From an uncultured Chloroflexia bacterium (GTDB taxonomy: Bacteria; Chloroflexota; Anaerolineae; Caldilineales; Caldilineaceae): a stretch of DNA of 64,000 bases. The DNA is taken from positions 160,036-224,035 of the forward strand of contig CAVVOJ010000011.1 in NCBI GenBank assembly GCA_963749845.1. Direction: 5' to 3'. This document shows positions 21,054 through 30,024 of this stretch, one piece after another (the stretch's first letter is position 1; every line of letters begins with the position of its first letter). The notes below the pieces were generated by a model. The model had not been told where the DNA came from, did no database searches, and saw only the letters and a list, made by a program, of their open reading frames with translations. The position numbers were made by a program, and so were the translations under genes.

Positions 21054-21624
21054 TTAGCCAACCTTATGCGGATGGCGGAAGCAGTCGGTCGTGTGATCGT
21101 TAACCATGCCGCAGGCCTGCATGAATGCGTAGCAAATGGTAGGGCCCACAAAGGTAAAGCCGCGCTTTTTGAGATCCTTGCTCATGGCCCGCGACGTCTC
21201 TGTCTCAGCCGGAACCTCACTCGAGCGCGGCCCAATGGTTAACGACCGGTTCGCCGTCGACGAATTGCCAGATGTAGGCGTCGAAGCTGCCGAACTCCTC
21301 CTGCGTTGTCAGAAACGCCCTGGCGTTTTGGGTGAAGGCACGCACCTTGAGCCGGTTGCGCACGATGCCGGGATTAGCAAGCAGTTCGGCAAATTTCCCT
21401 TCATCATACTGGGCGACTGCACCGGCGTCGAAGTTGTCGAATGCGCTGCGATAGGTTTCCCGTTTTCTTAAGATCGTAATCCAACTCAGTCCCGCCTGCG
21501 CCCCCTCAAGCAATACCATTTCAAAGAGATGCCGGTCGTCATGAGCGGGCACGCCCCACTCGTGATCGTGATACTCGATGTAGAGCGGGTCGTCGCCCGC
21601 CCAGGCACAGCGCACCACGTCCAT
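21054..21624 (-). pseudogene. tag: DNA-3-methyladenine glycosylase I, one frame break at about 21217-21226
   Basis: MDVVRCAWAGDDPLYIEYHDHEWGVP...LSWITILRKRE... ends at a TGA (21217). A +1 shift continues SEVPAETETSRAMSKDLKKRGFTFVGPTICYAFMQACGMVNDHTTDCFRHPHKVG, with the stop at 21054-21056. Confidence 0.85.
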
Positions 21625-21639
21625 TCGTTACCCTCCCCA

Positions 21640-22719
21640 TCAATAGAGACGCGTCGTATCCAGCACGTTCTCAAGCGGCTTTCCATCCAGATAGCGGCGC
21701 AGATTCGTGCAGAAGAGGTCGGTGATGCGCTCATTTTCCCGGTCACTTGTGCTGGCCGAGTGGGGGCTGACCAGCACGTTGGGCATATCCCAAAGGGGAC
21801 TGGTCGGCGGCAAGGGTTCTTCGGCGAAGACGTCCAGGGCTGCACCGCCCAAATGACCCGACTGGAGTGCGGCAATCAGAGCCGGCTCGTCCACCACCAT
21901 GCCCCGGGCGATGTTGATGAAGAACGCGCCCGGTCGCATGGCGGCCAGCGCCGCGCCATCGATGAGCTGCTCGGTGTCGGGCGTATGGGGGATGATGACC
22001 ACCACGACATCGGCTTCGCCCAGCATGGCGTGGAGATCTTCCGGCGCATAGAAGCGATCTACGGAGCCATCGTCACCGCCCCGCGCGCGTGTGCCCACTG
22101 TCCGCATGCCGAGCGCACGCGCCATGCGCGCGACCTCGCGTCCGATGCGCCCCAAACCCACCACGGCCAGCGTCCGCCCTTCTAAGTCGGTGGCGGCATA
22201 GCGTTCCCAGTGATGGGCCCTCTGTTCCGCCAGGATGTGAAGCAGACGGTTGTAGTGCATGAGGATGGCCATCATGCAGAATTCCGCCAGGGGGCGGGCA
22301 TGGACGCCGCTGGCGGTGGTGAAGGTTGTTTGGGGCATGCGTTCATCATAGCCCATGCGCTTCACAAACTGACCGATGCCGGCACTCGTGGCCTGGAGCC
22401 AACGGACATTAGGCGCAAGGTCGGGCAAATCTTCGCGGTGCGTGTGATCAAAATCGAAGAGGATTTCGGCCTGCCAAAGCAACGCTTGCCAGCGCGCCTC
22501 CTCGTCGGGCGTACGCACCAGCGGCGCGCCAACGTGATCGGCCGCATAACGGGGGGGTGGGATCAGCTCGGGAACGTACACCACATTCAGACGCGGGTCA
22601 ACCGCGCGAATACGTGCAACATGTGCCGGTTCCAGGTAGGTGGCGATGAGGAGATTGTGAGAACGGTTGTCTTGCTGCATAAGGAAAAATTCCTGAGTGT
22701 AGTCGTGGGCAAAGAACAT
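21640..22719 (-). CDS. D-isomer-specific 2-hydroxyacid dehydrogenase family protein
   Basis: NAD-binding GLGRIGREVARMA, and catalytic-domain blocks NIARG and LDVFAEEPLP...PNVLVSPH. Confidence 0.85.
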   Translation of the reverse strand: MFFAHDYTQEFFLMQQDNRSHNLLIATYLEPAHVARIRAVDPRLNVVYVPELIPPPRYAADHVGAPLVRTPDEEARWQALLWQAEILFDFDHTHREDLPDLAPNVRWLQATSAGIGQFVKRMGYDERMPQTTFTTASGVHARPLAEFCMMAILMHYNRLLHILAEQRAHHWERYAATDLEGRTLAVVGLGRIGREVARMARALGMRTVGTRARGGDDGSVDRFYAPEDLHAMLGEADVVVVIIPHTPDTEQLIDGAALAAMRPGAFFINIARGMVVDEPALIAALQSGHLGGAALDVFAEEPLPPTSPLWDMPNVLVSPHSASTSDRENERITDLFCTNLRRYLDGKPLENVLDTTRLY

Positions 22720-22922
22720 TACAATTAACGTAACGATACAGGTGAATGGTAGCGACGCCGGCTGAGTGAGGCGAGCGCAGCGATGCCTTGTATCGAAGCC
22801 AAGTAGCGGGTCGACCCGTTTGATTTCGATACGACCACATACTGCCGTGGACTACTGGGTGCCCTTCGGACGCGGCACTAACCTGCAGGTTACTAATCAA
22901 CAAAGATTATGGAGCAATCCGG

Positions 22923-23918
22923 TTAAATCTGCTCCGGCATACCGCCACGACGCGCGGATTGATAGAGTGCCTGGATCACGCGCAGATTGGCCTCGGCCTC
23001 ATCCGGGCCATAGCGAAGCGGTCGCTGATTGAGCACGGCGTCGGCGAAGTGCTCGACCATCAGTTGATACTCATCCACGCCGTCGATTTGATGAACTACA
23101 GGCGCGCTCCGCCCGTGCCGCTCGACGATCTCCACGTCCTTGGTACCCGGCAGGAAGGCATCGGGCACTTCGAGAAAACCGTCGGTCCCGGCGACGACAA
23201 ACGACTCGCGGCGCTCCATCGTCAAGGCGCAATCGAATTGAGCAATCAGCTCGTCGCCAAAGTGCAGCGTACCAGACATGCGACTGTCCACGCCGGTCTC
23301 ATGCCACGCGGCGTAAGCCTGTACGACGTCCGGTTCAGCGCCGGCAAGAGTGCGCGCGATGTTTACGCAGTAGCAGCCCACGTCCATCAGCGCACCACCG
23401 CCGAGTTCGGGTTGGAAACGTATATTGTCGGGCCGATTGAGGCGGAAGGTAAACGCGGCCTGAATCACGTGAGGGCGGCCAATCGCGCCCTGCTCAATCA
23501 GGCCCATGACCTCGCGGATGCGGGGATGAAAGCGATACATGAATGCTTCCATCAGGTAGACGCTGTTGGCATCCGCCGCCGCTGCCATTTCCCGACACTC
23601 GGCAGCCGTCAATGCCAGTGGTTTTTCACAGAGGATGTGCTTGCCGGCTTCGGCCGCTCTGATCGTCCATTCTTTGTGCAGATTGTTGGGCAGGGGAATG
23701 TAGACAGCGTCGATCTCGGTTGAATCCAGGAGCGCAGCGTAGCTGTCAAACGCCTGGGGAATGCCCAACTCGTCGGCAAAGAGACGCGCCTGTCTCTCGC
23801 TACGGCTCGCTACCGCAACGAGCTCCCCATTGTACGCCTGCTGAATTGCGGGAATCACCGCAGCGCGCCCAATGTTGGCTGTACTGATCACGCCCCAGCG
23901 GAGCTTTCTCGCAGACAT
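22923..23918 (-). CDS. Gfo/Idh/MocA family oxidoreductase
   Basis: ATG 23918 follows AGGAGG. The N-terminal Rossmann region reads MSARKLRWGVISTANIGRAAVIPA, followed by EKPLALT. It lies downstream of, and on the same strand as, the GntR gene. Confidence 0.85.
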   Translation of the reverse strand: MSARKLRWGVISTANIGRAAVIPAIQQAYNGELVAVASRSERQARLFADELGIPQAFDSYAALLDSTEIDAVYIPLPNNLHKEWTIRAAEAGKHILCEKPLALTAAECREMAAAADANSVYLMEAFMYRFHPRIREVMGLIEQGAIGRPHVIQAAFTFRLNRPDNIRFQPELGGGALMDVGCYCVNIARTLAGAEPDVVQAYAAWHETGVDSRMSGTLHFGDELIAQFDCALTMERRESFVVAGTDGFLEVPDAFLPGTKDVEIVERHGRSAPVVHQIDGVDEYQLMVEHFADAVLNQRPLRYGPDEAEANLRVIQALYQSARRGGMPEQI

Positions 23919-23940
23919 GGCGCCTCCTGAAGCAGACGTG

Positions 23941-24666
23941 CTAACGTGCTTGAGCCGATTGCTCCAACTCAGCGAGGACCGCAAGATTGGCGTCGGTTGT
24001 TTCGATGACCTGATCTGCGAAGTCACCATACTCCGATCGATCACGCAGATAGTGGTGAACGATGGTCCGGCGGGCCAGGTCCATATCGCCTGTCGCAAGG
24101 GCGTCGACTAATTCCTGGTGAAGCCCCACGATGTCGCTAGTCGCCGAAGCCTGTTGTTCCATGCTGCGCATGATGAGGGCCCCGATTTGCCCGCTTAACC
24201 CAGACCAAAGCTCAAAAATCCGTTGCGAATCTGCCAGTTTGATGATCGCCTCATGGATGGCCAGATCAATGCGAATGAGAATGGGCAGATCTTGCGGCAA
24301 CCTGCATGCACGCATCTCCTCAACCAGTGTCTGTAGCCGGGCAATAAAACCCACATCGATCTGATCTAATCCGGACGTGACAGCAAATGATTCCAGCAGC
24401 GCACGCGCTTGGCAAAGTTCATAGGCGTCTTGGCCAGACAAGCGTGTTACAAATGCACCTTGTCGGGGTCGATTGACGACCAGCCCCTGGTTTTCCAGCA
24501 TCAAGAGGGCCTCGCGTACAGTCGTCAGGCTGACGTTGAACTCCTCAGCGATCTGGGCAACCGGCAGGCGATCACCGGGCCGCATGTCACCGCAGAGGAT
24601 CGCGTCTTCCAGCGCGCGGCGCACATCGTCTACCAAACGCAATCGTTTTGCTCGAACCATCACCAT
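23941..24666 (-). CDS. GntR family transcriptional regulator (FadR/FCD subfamily)
   Basis: Winged-HTH LPVAQIAEEFNVSLTTVREALLMLENQGLV plus a helical FCD-type C-terminal domain. Confidence 0.9.
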   Translation of the reverse strand: MVMVRAKRLRLVDDVRRALEDAILCGDMRPGDRLPVAQIAEEFNVSLTTVREALLMLENQGLVVNRPRQGAFVTRLSGQDAYELCQARALLESFAVTSGLDQIDVGFIARLQTLVEEMRACRLPQDLPILIRIDLAIHEAIIKLADSQRIFELWSGLSGQIGALIMRSMEQQASATSDIVGLHQELVDALATGDMDLARRTIVHHYLRDRSEYGDFADQVIETTDANLAVLAELEQSAQAR

Positions 24667-24765
24667 AGGGCGTTATTCCAGTATCAGGATTTTCCACTCT
24701 TGACGCAGCGGGCTGGCAAGCGTTCCAAAAAGGCAGTTTGGCAGAAGGAGAAGAGTGTGATAAAA

Positions 24766-24807
24766 CTAAGTTAACTATCGAAAATCGATTTTCGATAGTT
24801 AACTTAG
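24766..24807. promoter_or_regulatory. Perfect 42-bp AT-rich palindrome with two GntR-type boxes (AGTTAACT at 24769-24776 and 24797-24804)
   Basis: CTAAGTTAACTATCGAAAATC|GATTTTCGATAGTTAACTTAG, read directly. It lies in the 263-bp divergent intergenic region between the GntR gene and the DUF885 gene. Confidence 0.6.
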
Positions 24808-24929
24808 CATCGCCTTACCTCTTTGTCAAGACTGCTTTTTGACGTCCCCCCTCAGACTTAGCACTGCCGCTCGTCTGCTGTCTAACCGTAATCTGGCTGA
24901 CACCTTCCAGCCGCTGGAGCAAGCGACCG

Positions 24930-26609
24930 ATGCCACTATCTGCGCCACAGTTTGATGCCTGGCTCGAAGACTTTTTTGTCTCCTACTATTATTATCGCCC
25001 AGTAAATGCTACCTTTATCGGCGAACATGCCCATGATTATCGTCTGCCCGATTTTTCAGAGAATGGCGCCGGTGACCGCCTCGCCGACATGGGCCGCTTG
25101 CTCCGTAGTCTCGACGCATTGCCCGATGAGCCGCTGACCCGGCCGCAAGAGATTGATCGCACGCTCGCCCAGGGCTTTCTGCGTATCCAGAGCTGGGAGA
25201 GCAATTCTGCCCATTTCCACCGGGGCAATCCCTCTACGTATACCGGCGAGGCAGTTTTCAGCATCATTGGTCTCTTCCTAACGGATTACGCGCCAGTCAA
25301 TGAACGCACGGCAGCAGCCATTGCACGCCTACAGCAGATTCCGACACTGCTGGCCCAGGGCGAAGCCAACATCCGCCAGGCGCCGGTAAGTTGGACCGAG
25401 CGCGCGTTGCGCGAGTGCCAGGGCGCGCAACATCTGCTGGGCGAGGGCATCAATCAATTGATGGTTCAGGAAGAGATCGATGATCATCACTTTCGCGAGG
25501 CAGCTGATCAGGCCGGTGCGGCATTTGCCCGCTTCGAAACCTATTTGCGCAACGAGTTGCTGGCGAATGACGCAGACCACTATGCCTGCGGTGAAGCAGC
25601 CTTTGATATGCTGATGCGCGAGGGGCATTGTCTGAACCTGACCGCGGAAGAGATACTCGACTATGCCGCGGAGCAGTGGGCTGAAGCCCAAAGTGCGCTG
25701 GCCGCGCACGCAGCAGATTTTGACGCCGCCACGCCCGATGAAGCGCTGGCCGGGCTCGCCGATTTGCATCCGGCAGCCGATGAATACTACGCACGCTATA
25801 CGGAACTCTGGCAAGCGTGTTATGCCATGGCGCAAGAACGGCGGCTGCTGACCTGGCCCGATTTTCCGATCGAGTACGTGCCGCGCCCCCAGTGGGTGCG
25901 TGAAGCAGCGCCCTACTTGTACTTTCTTTTCTACCGCTCACCCGCAGCGGTTAACCGGCCGCCAGTGCACCAGTATCTTGTGGCCCCGCTCGATCCGTCG
26001 CTCTCGGCCGCGGAGCAGACAGCATTCCTGCGCAGCAACAACGACAGCGTGATCAAGTTGAATCATGTGGTGCACCATGGCGCCATCGGCCATCACGTTC
26101 AAAACTGGCACGCGTTTCGCGCTCCTTCGCGCATCGGCAGAATCGCCGCAGTCGATTGCGCGTCCCGCATCGCCCTCTTCTGCGGCGGCACCATGGCCGA
26201 GGGGTGGGCCTGTTACGCCACTGATCTCATGGGCGAGGCCGGCTTTTTAACACCGCTGGAACGCTATGCCGAAGCCCAGTCGCGCCGGCGCATGAGCGCC
26301 CGGGCCATCGTTGACGTCAAGCTGCACCGCGGCGAATTCACCCTGGATCAGGCTGCCGATTTCTACACCCAGAACGCGGCCATGAGTCCCGAGGCTGCGC
26401 AGGGTGAGGCAGTGAAGAACAGCATGTTCCCCGGCGCGGCCATGATGTATCTGCTTGGTACGGACAGCATCCATGCGCTGCGCCGGGAAGTGGCGGCTCG
26501 CGAGGGCAGCAGCTTCAACCTGGCCTGCTTTCATGATCGCTTCCTCTCCTATGGCTCGATCCCTGTGGCGTTAATCGGCGCAGACATGCGCAAAGATCCT
26601 GTATTGTAG
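24930..26609 (+). CDS. DUF885 family protein (predicted metallopeptidase-like)
   Basis: 559 aa with typical DUF885 blocks (FFVSYYYYRPVNATFIGEH, HHGAIGHHVQNW, EGWACYATDLM). Confidence 0.8.
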   Translation: MPLSAPQFDAWLEDFFVSYYYYRPVNATFIGEHAHDYRLPDFSENGAGDRLADMGRLLRSLDALPDEPLTRPQEIDRTLAQGFLRIQSWESNSAHFHRGNPSTYTGEAVFSIIGLFLTDYAPVNERTAAAIARLQQIPTLLAQGEANIRQAPVSWTERALRECQGAQHLLGEGINQLMVQEEIDDHHFREAADQAGAAFARFETYLRNELLANDADHYACGEAAFDMLMREGHCLNLTAEEILDYAAEQWAEAQSALAAHAADFDAATPDEALAGLADLHPAADEYYARYTELWQACYAMAQERRLLTWPDFPIEYVPRPQWVREAAPYLYFLFYRSPAAVNRPPVHQYLVAPLDPSLSAAEQTAFLRSNNDSVIKLNHVVHHGAIGHHVQNWHAFRAPSRIGRIAAVDCASRIALFCGGTMAEGWACYATDLMGEAGFLTPLERYAEAQSRRRMSARAIVDVKLHRGEFTLDQAADFYTQNAAMSPEAAQGEAVKNSMFPGAAMMYLLGTDSIHALRREVAAREGSSFNLACFHDRFLSYGSIPVALIGADMRKDPVL

Positions 26610-26645
26610 TTCCGAGACACTGTCCGATGAAAAAGCGAGGGCCCA

Positions 26646-27467
26646 ATGCGCTTCGATGAGAAAGTGGCTGTTGTCACCGGCGCCGGGAACGGCATCGGCC
26701 TAGAGATTGCCCATGCGTTTGCCCACGAAGGCGCGCACGCGGTGATCGCAGAGATCAACGAGGATGCGGCCAATCGTGCGGTGGCAGAGATCGAAGCTGC
26801 GGGCGGACGGGCGCTGGCCGTGCCCACGGACGTCGCAGCAGAAACGGAGATCGCCGCACTGGTCGATCGCGTCGTCGACCAGCTGGGGCGGATCGACATT
26901 TTGGTCAACAACGCGGGTGTCGTAGTCCATGGGTTGCTGGTCGACATGGACTTAGAGGCATGGCAGCGCCAGCTCGACGTACAGCTCACGGGACCATTTC
27001 TGACAACCAAACACGTCGGGCGCCACATGATGAGCCGTCCGGGCGGCGGCAAAATTGTTAACATCTCATCGGTATCGGCTGTGATGGGCCGCGTCAAGGG
27101 TGGACCCCACTGCACAGCCAAAGGTGGCCTCACGATGCTCACCAAAGTTGCGGCCATGGAACTTGCCCAATATGGCGTCACCGTCAATGCAGTAGCGCCC
27201 GGATTGATTGACGTCCCTTCGCAGCGGGCGGAAGAAAACATTTCGACAGCCTATAAGACCCGTTATCTCCAAGAGGTACCGCTGGGGCGGATGGGCGAAA
27301 CGGTCGATATCGCCCAAATGGTGCTCTTTCTCGCTTCGGACGATGCGGCCTGGATCACCGGCCAACTCTTCCTGGTGGATGGCGGCCTTATGGCCGGTCA
27401 CTACAGCTTCCAGGGCAACCAAGATTTCACCATGCTGGGTGGTCACGCGCAGTTGTCCGAATCATGA
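26646..27467 (+). CDS. Short-chain dehydrogenase/reductase (SDR) family protein with atypical active-site position
   Basis: TGAGNGIG cofactor motif and NNAG. The expected YxxxK reads HCTAK (codon CAC). Confidence 0.85.
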   Translation: MRFDEKVAVVTGAGNGIGLEIAHAFAHEGAHAVIAEINEDAANRAVAEIEAAGGRALAVPTDVAAETEIAALVDRVVDQLGRIDILVNNAGVVVHGLLVDMDLEAWQRQLDVQLTGPFLTTKHVGRHMMSRPGGGKIVNISSVSAVMGRVKGGPHCTAKGGLTMLTKVAAMELAQYGVTVNAVAPGLIDVPSQRAEENISTAYKTRYLQEVPLGRMGETVDIAQMVLFLASDDAAWITGQLFLVDGGLMAGHYSFQGNQDFTMLGGHAQLSES

Positions 27468-27483
27468 TCGGCGGAGCGATAAT

Positions 27484-28764
27484 ATGAATGATGGTACTCT
27501 CTATCTGGACAATGCCCGTCTGATTGACGGGAGCGGTGATCCTGTATCCGACAGACCATATGCTGTTTTGGTGGAAGGCGCACGCATCGCGGCCGTGGCG
27601 CCCCGCACGGAGTTACCCGCGCCGGACGACGCCCGATGCATCGACCTGGGCGGCCGCACGCTGATGCCGGGGATGATCGACTGTCACGATCATTTGGCCA
27701 ATCTGCCGGGCGGGATGGTCGCCCGGGCCGCGATTCCCCCCACGCTGTCGGTCTTTCTGGCCGCGGAAGCCTTTCGGGAGACTTTGCTCTCCGGCTTCAC
27801 CGCGGTGCGTGATGCCTCGGGTGTCGACTTGGGCATGAAGATGGCCGTCGACCAGGGGCTGATCGCCGGCCCCCGGCTCAAGATCAGCGTCAATATTATT
27901 TGTCAGTTTGGCGGCCACAACGATCACACCGAACCGGCCGGCGTCGACTCGACCTATCCGAAGCTGCAAACGATCCCCGACGGCGTCTGCGATGGAGTCG
28001 ACGCCTGCCGTCACAAAGTGCGTGAAATGGTGCGGGCCGGCGCAGACTGGATCAAGATTGCCACCACGGGCGGCGTCGGCACACCAACCGGGGGGCCGCT
28101 GCTGCGACAGTTTTCGCTCGAAGAGATCCAGGCGATCGTCGATACGGCTCATGCAGCCGGCAAGCCGGTCATGAGCCATGCCTACGGCGGTGAGGGTGTC
28201 AAGATCTGCCTGGACGCCGGCGTCGACAGTATCGAACACGGTGCGGCGCTGGATGATGCGCTGATCGACCAGATGGTGCGCCAGAGGACGTGGCTGGTGC
28301 CGACATTCACAGTCTTGCACAAGATTGTTGCGTTGGGTGAACTGGACCCGTGCCCCGTGCCGGAATACATGCCGCGTAAAGCTCGAATCCTCATGGAAGC
28401 CCAACGAGAGAGCTTCCCCAAAGCACTGGCGGCGGGCGTGCGCATGGCCATGGGCACGGATCTGGGCAGTTTTGGGCGGGGTGAAAACGCCGGCGAGCTG
28501 GCCTACATGACGGCGGCCGGCATGACGCCCATGCAGGCGATTGTTGCGGCCACGCGCATGGGTGCAGAATGCATGGGACTGGGCGGCGAAGTCGGCGAAA
28601 TACGGCCCGGTCTATTCGCTGACCTGCTGGTCATCGACGGTGATCCGCTGGACGATGTGGCGATGCTGCAGGATGCGACACGGATTCAGCTTGTCATGCA
28701 GGGCGGGGTCATCCACAAGAATTTGATCGATAGAGGGGGTGAAACAGCCCATGAGTTTGTTTAG
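27484..28764 (+). CDS. Amidohydrolase family protein (metal-dependent hydrolase, prolidase/imidazolonepropionase-like)
   Basis: ATG 27484. HxH motif (MIDCHDHL), and later HAYGG and GTD blocks. The upstream part of ORF 27208-28764 overlaps the SDR gene. Confidence 0.85.
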   Translation: MNDGTLYLDNARLIDGSGDPVSDRPYAVLVEGARIAAVAPRTELPAPDDARCIDLGGRTLMPGMIDCHDHLANLPGGMVARAAIPPTLSVFLAAEAFRETLLSGFTAVRDASGVDLGMKMAVDQGLIAGPRLKISVNIICQFGGHNDHTEPAGVDSTYPKLQTIPDGVCDGVDACRHKVREMVRAGADWIKIATTGGVGTPTGGPLLRQFSLEEIQAIVDTAHAAGKPVMSHAYGGEGVKICLDAGVDSIEHGAALDDALIDQMVRQRTWLVPTFTVLHKIVALGELDPCPVPEYMPRKARILMEAQRESFPKALAAGVRMAMGTDLGSFGRGENAGELAYMTAAGMTPMQAIVAATRMGAECMGLGGEVGEIRPGLFADLLVIDGDPLDDVAMLQDATRIQLVMQGGVIHKNLIDRGGETAHEFV

Positions 28765-29818
28765 TCTGATCAAGACACTGACGGAACTTCCCGGGCCAGG
28801 CGGCGACGAGTGGCACGTGCAGAAGTGGCTGACGGAGCGCTGGGGCGATCGTGTCCAGGAAATGGCGCTCACGCCGGTGGGTAACCTGATTGCGCAGGTG
28901 GGCGGAAGCGGGCCGCGGCTGATGCTGGCCGCCCACGCCGACGAGATCTGCTTCGTGGTGAAGTACATTTCTGACGATGGTTTTGTTTGGCTCGCCTCGG
29001 GCCAGCGTAACCCAGAGCAGCGCCCCACCCTGCGCAGTTCGGTCTTTCTGCCCTGGGGCCACCCGGCGCTTATCGTCACGGCGACGGGCACGGTCGAGTG
29101 CGTCTTTGCCACCCTGACCGGGCACGTGCTCACGCCGGAGCAACGGGCCAAGACGGAACCGGATTGGAACGATATCTTCCTCGACGTCGGCGCCTCCAGT
29201 CGCGCCCAGGTGGAAGCGCGGGGCATCCGGATTGGCGATCGCGTCATCTGGAATCCGCCGACGCGCCGCATGGGCGACTTCGTCTATGGCAAGGCGATGG
29301 ACGACCGGGTTTGTCTGGCCATCATGGATCGACTGCTGGATGTCCTCGACCGGGACCGGTTGGAGTACGAGCTCGTCTTCGTCTCCACCGTGCAGGAGGA
29401 AATCGGCCTCGTGGGCGCAGACGCAGTGGCCGACGAGGTCAATTGCGATCTGGCTATTGCGCTGGACGTGGGGTTGGTGGGCGATGTGCCGGGCGTCGAT
29501 CCGCGCGATGCGTCGGCGCGCCTCGGCGGAGGCCCGACCATCGTCCACAAGGACCTGGCCCATTACAGTCGCCCGCTGACGCTCGCGCTCATGACCAGCG
29601 CTGAGGACGCAGACATTCCTGTCCAGCCCGCTGTTTTCCATTTTTACGGCAGTGATTCCGGGGCCTTTACCCGCCACGGGATTCCTGCTAGCCTTGTCGT
29701 CGTGCCCACCCGCTATACGCACAGCCCGTTCGAGATGGTCCATCTGTCTGATGTCGAACAGACGGTGCAGCTGCTCAAGCATTTCCTGGAGCAGCCGCCC
29801 TATGTTTCAGCTCGCTAG
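28751..29818 (+). CDS. M42 family aminopeptidase (FrvX/CelM-like)
   Basis: LIKTLTELPGPGGDE, AHADEI, DDRVCLA and TVQEEIGLVGA are typical M42 blocks. Confidence 0.85.
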   Translation: MSLFSLIKTLTELPGPGGDEWHVQKWLTERWGDRVQEMALTPVGNLIAQVGGSGPRLMLAAHADEICFVVKYISDDGFVWLASGQRNPEQRPTLRSSVFLPWGHPALIVTATGTVECVFATLTGHVLTPEQRAKTEPDWNDIFLDVGASSRAQVEARGIRIGDRVIWNPPTRRMGDFVYGKAMDDRVCLAIMDRLLDVLDRDRLEYELVFVSTVQEEIGLVGADAVADEVNCDLAIALDVGLVGDVPGVDPRDASARLGGGPTIVHKDLAHYSRPLTLALMTSAEDADIPVQPAVFHFYGSDSGAFTRHGIPASLVVVPTRYTHSPFEMVHLSDVEQTVQLLKHFLEQPPYVSAR

Positions 29819-30024
29819 ATGACGTAATCGGCACCCTGATCGTCACACAAAGTGTCGAAGACGGACGAAGCGCTTACGATAATTGGAGAGGCAAGGTCAT
29901 GCCAAGCAACGTTTGGGAAGGGGGTGATCGTCGGCATACGATGTTTGGAAAGCAGATTGTTCAATCTAATTGTAAGCGGAGTTCACCTGTCGTTTCGAAT
30001 CTATTTATCACAGGAGCATTCACT

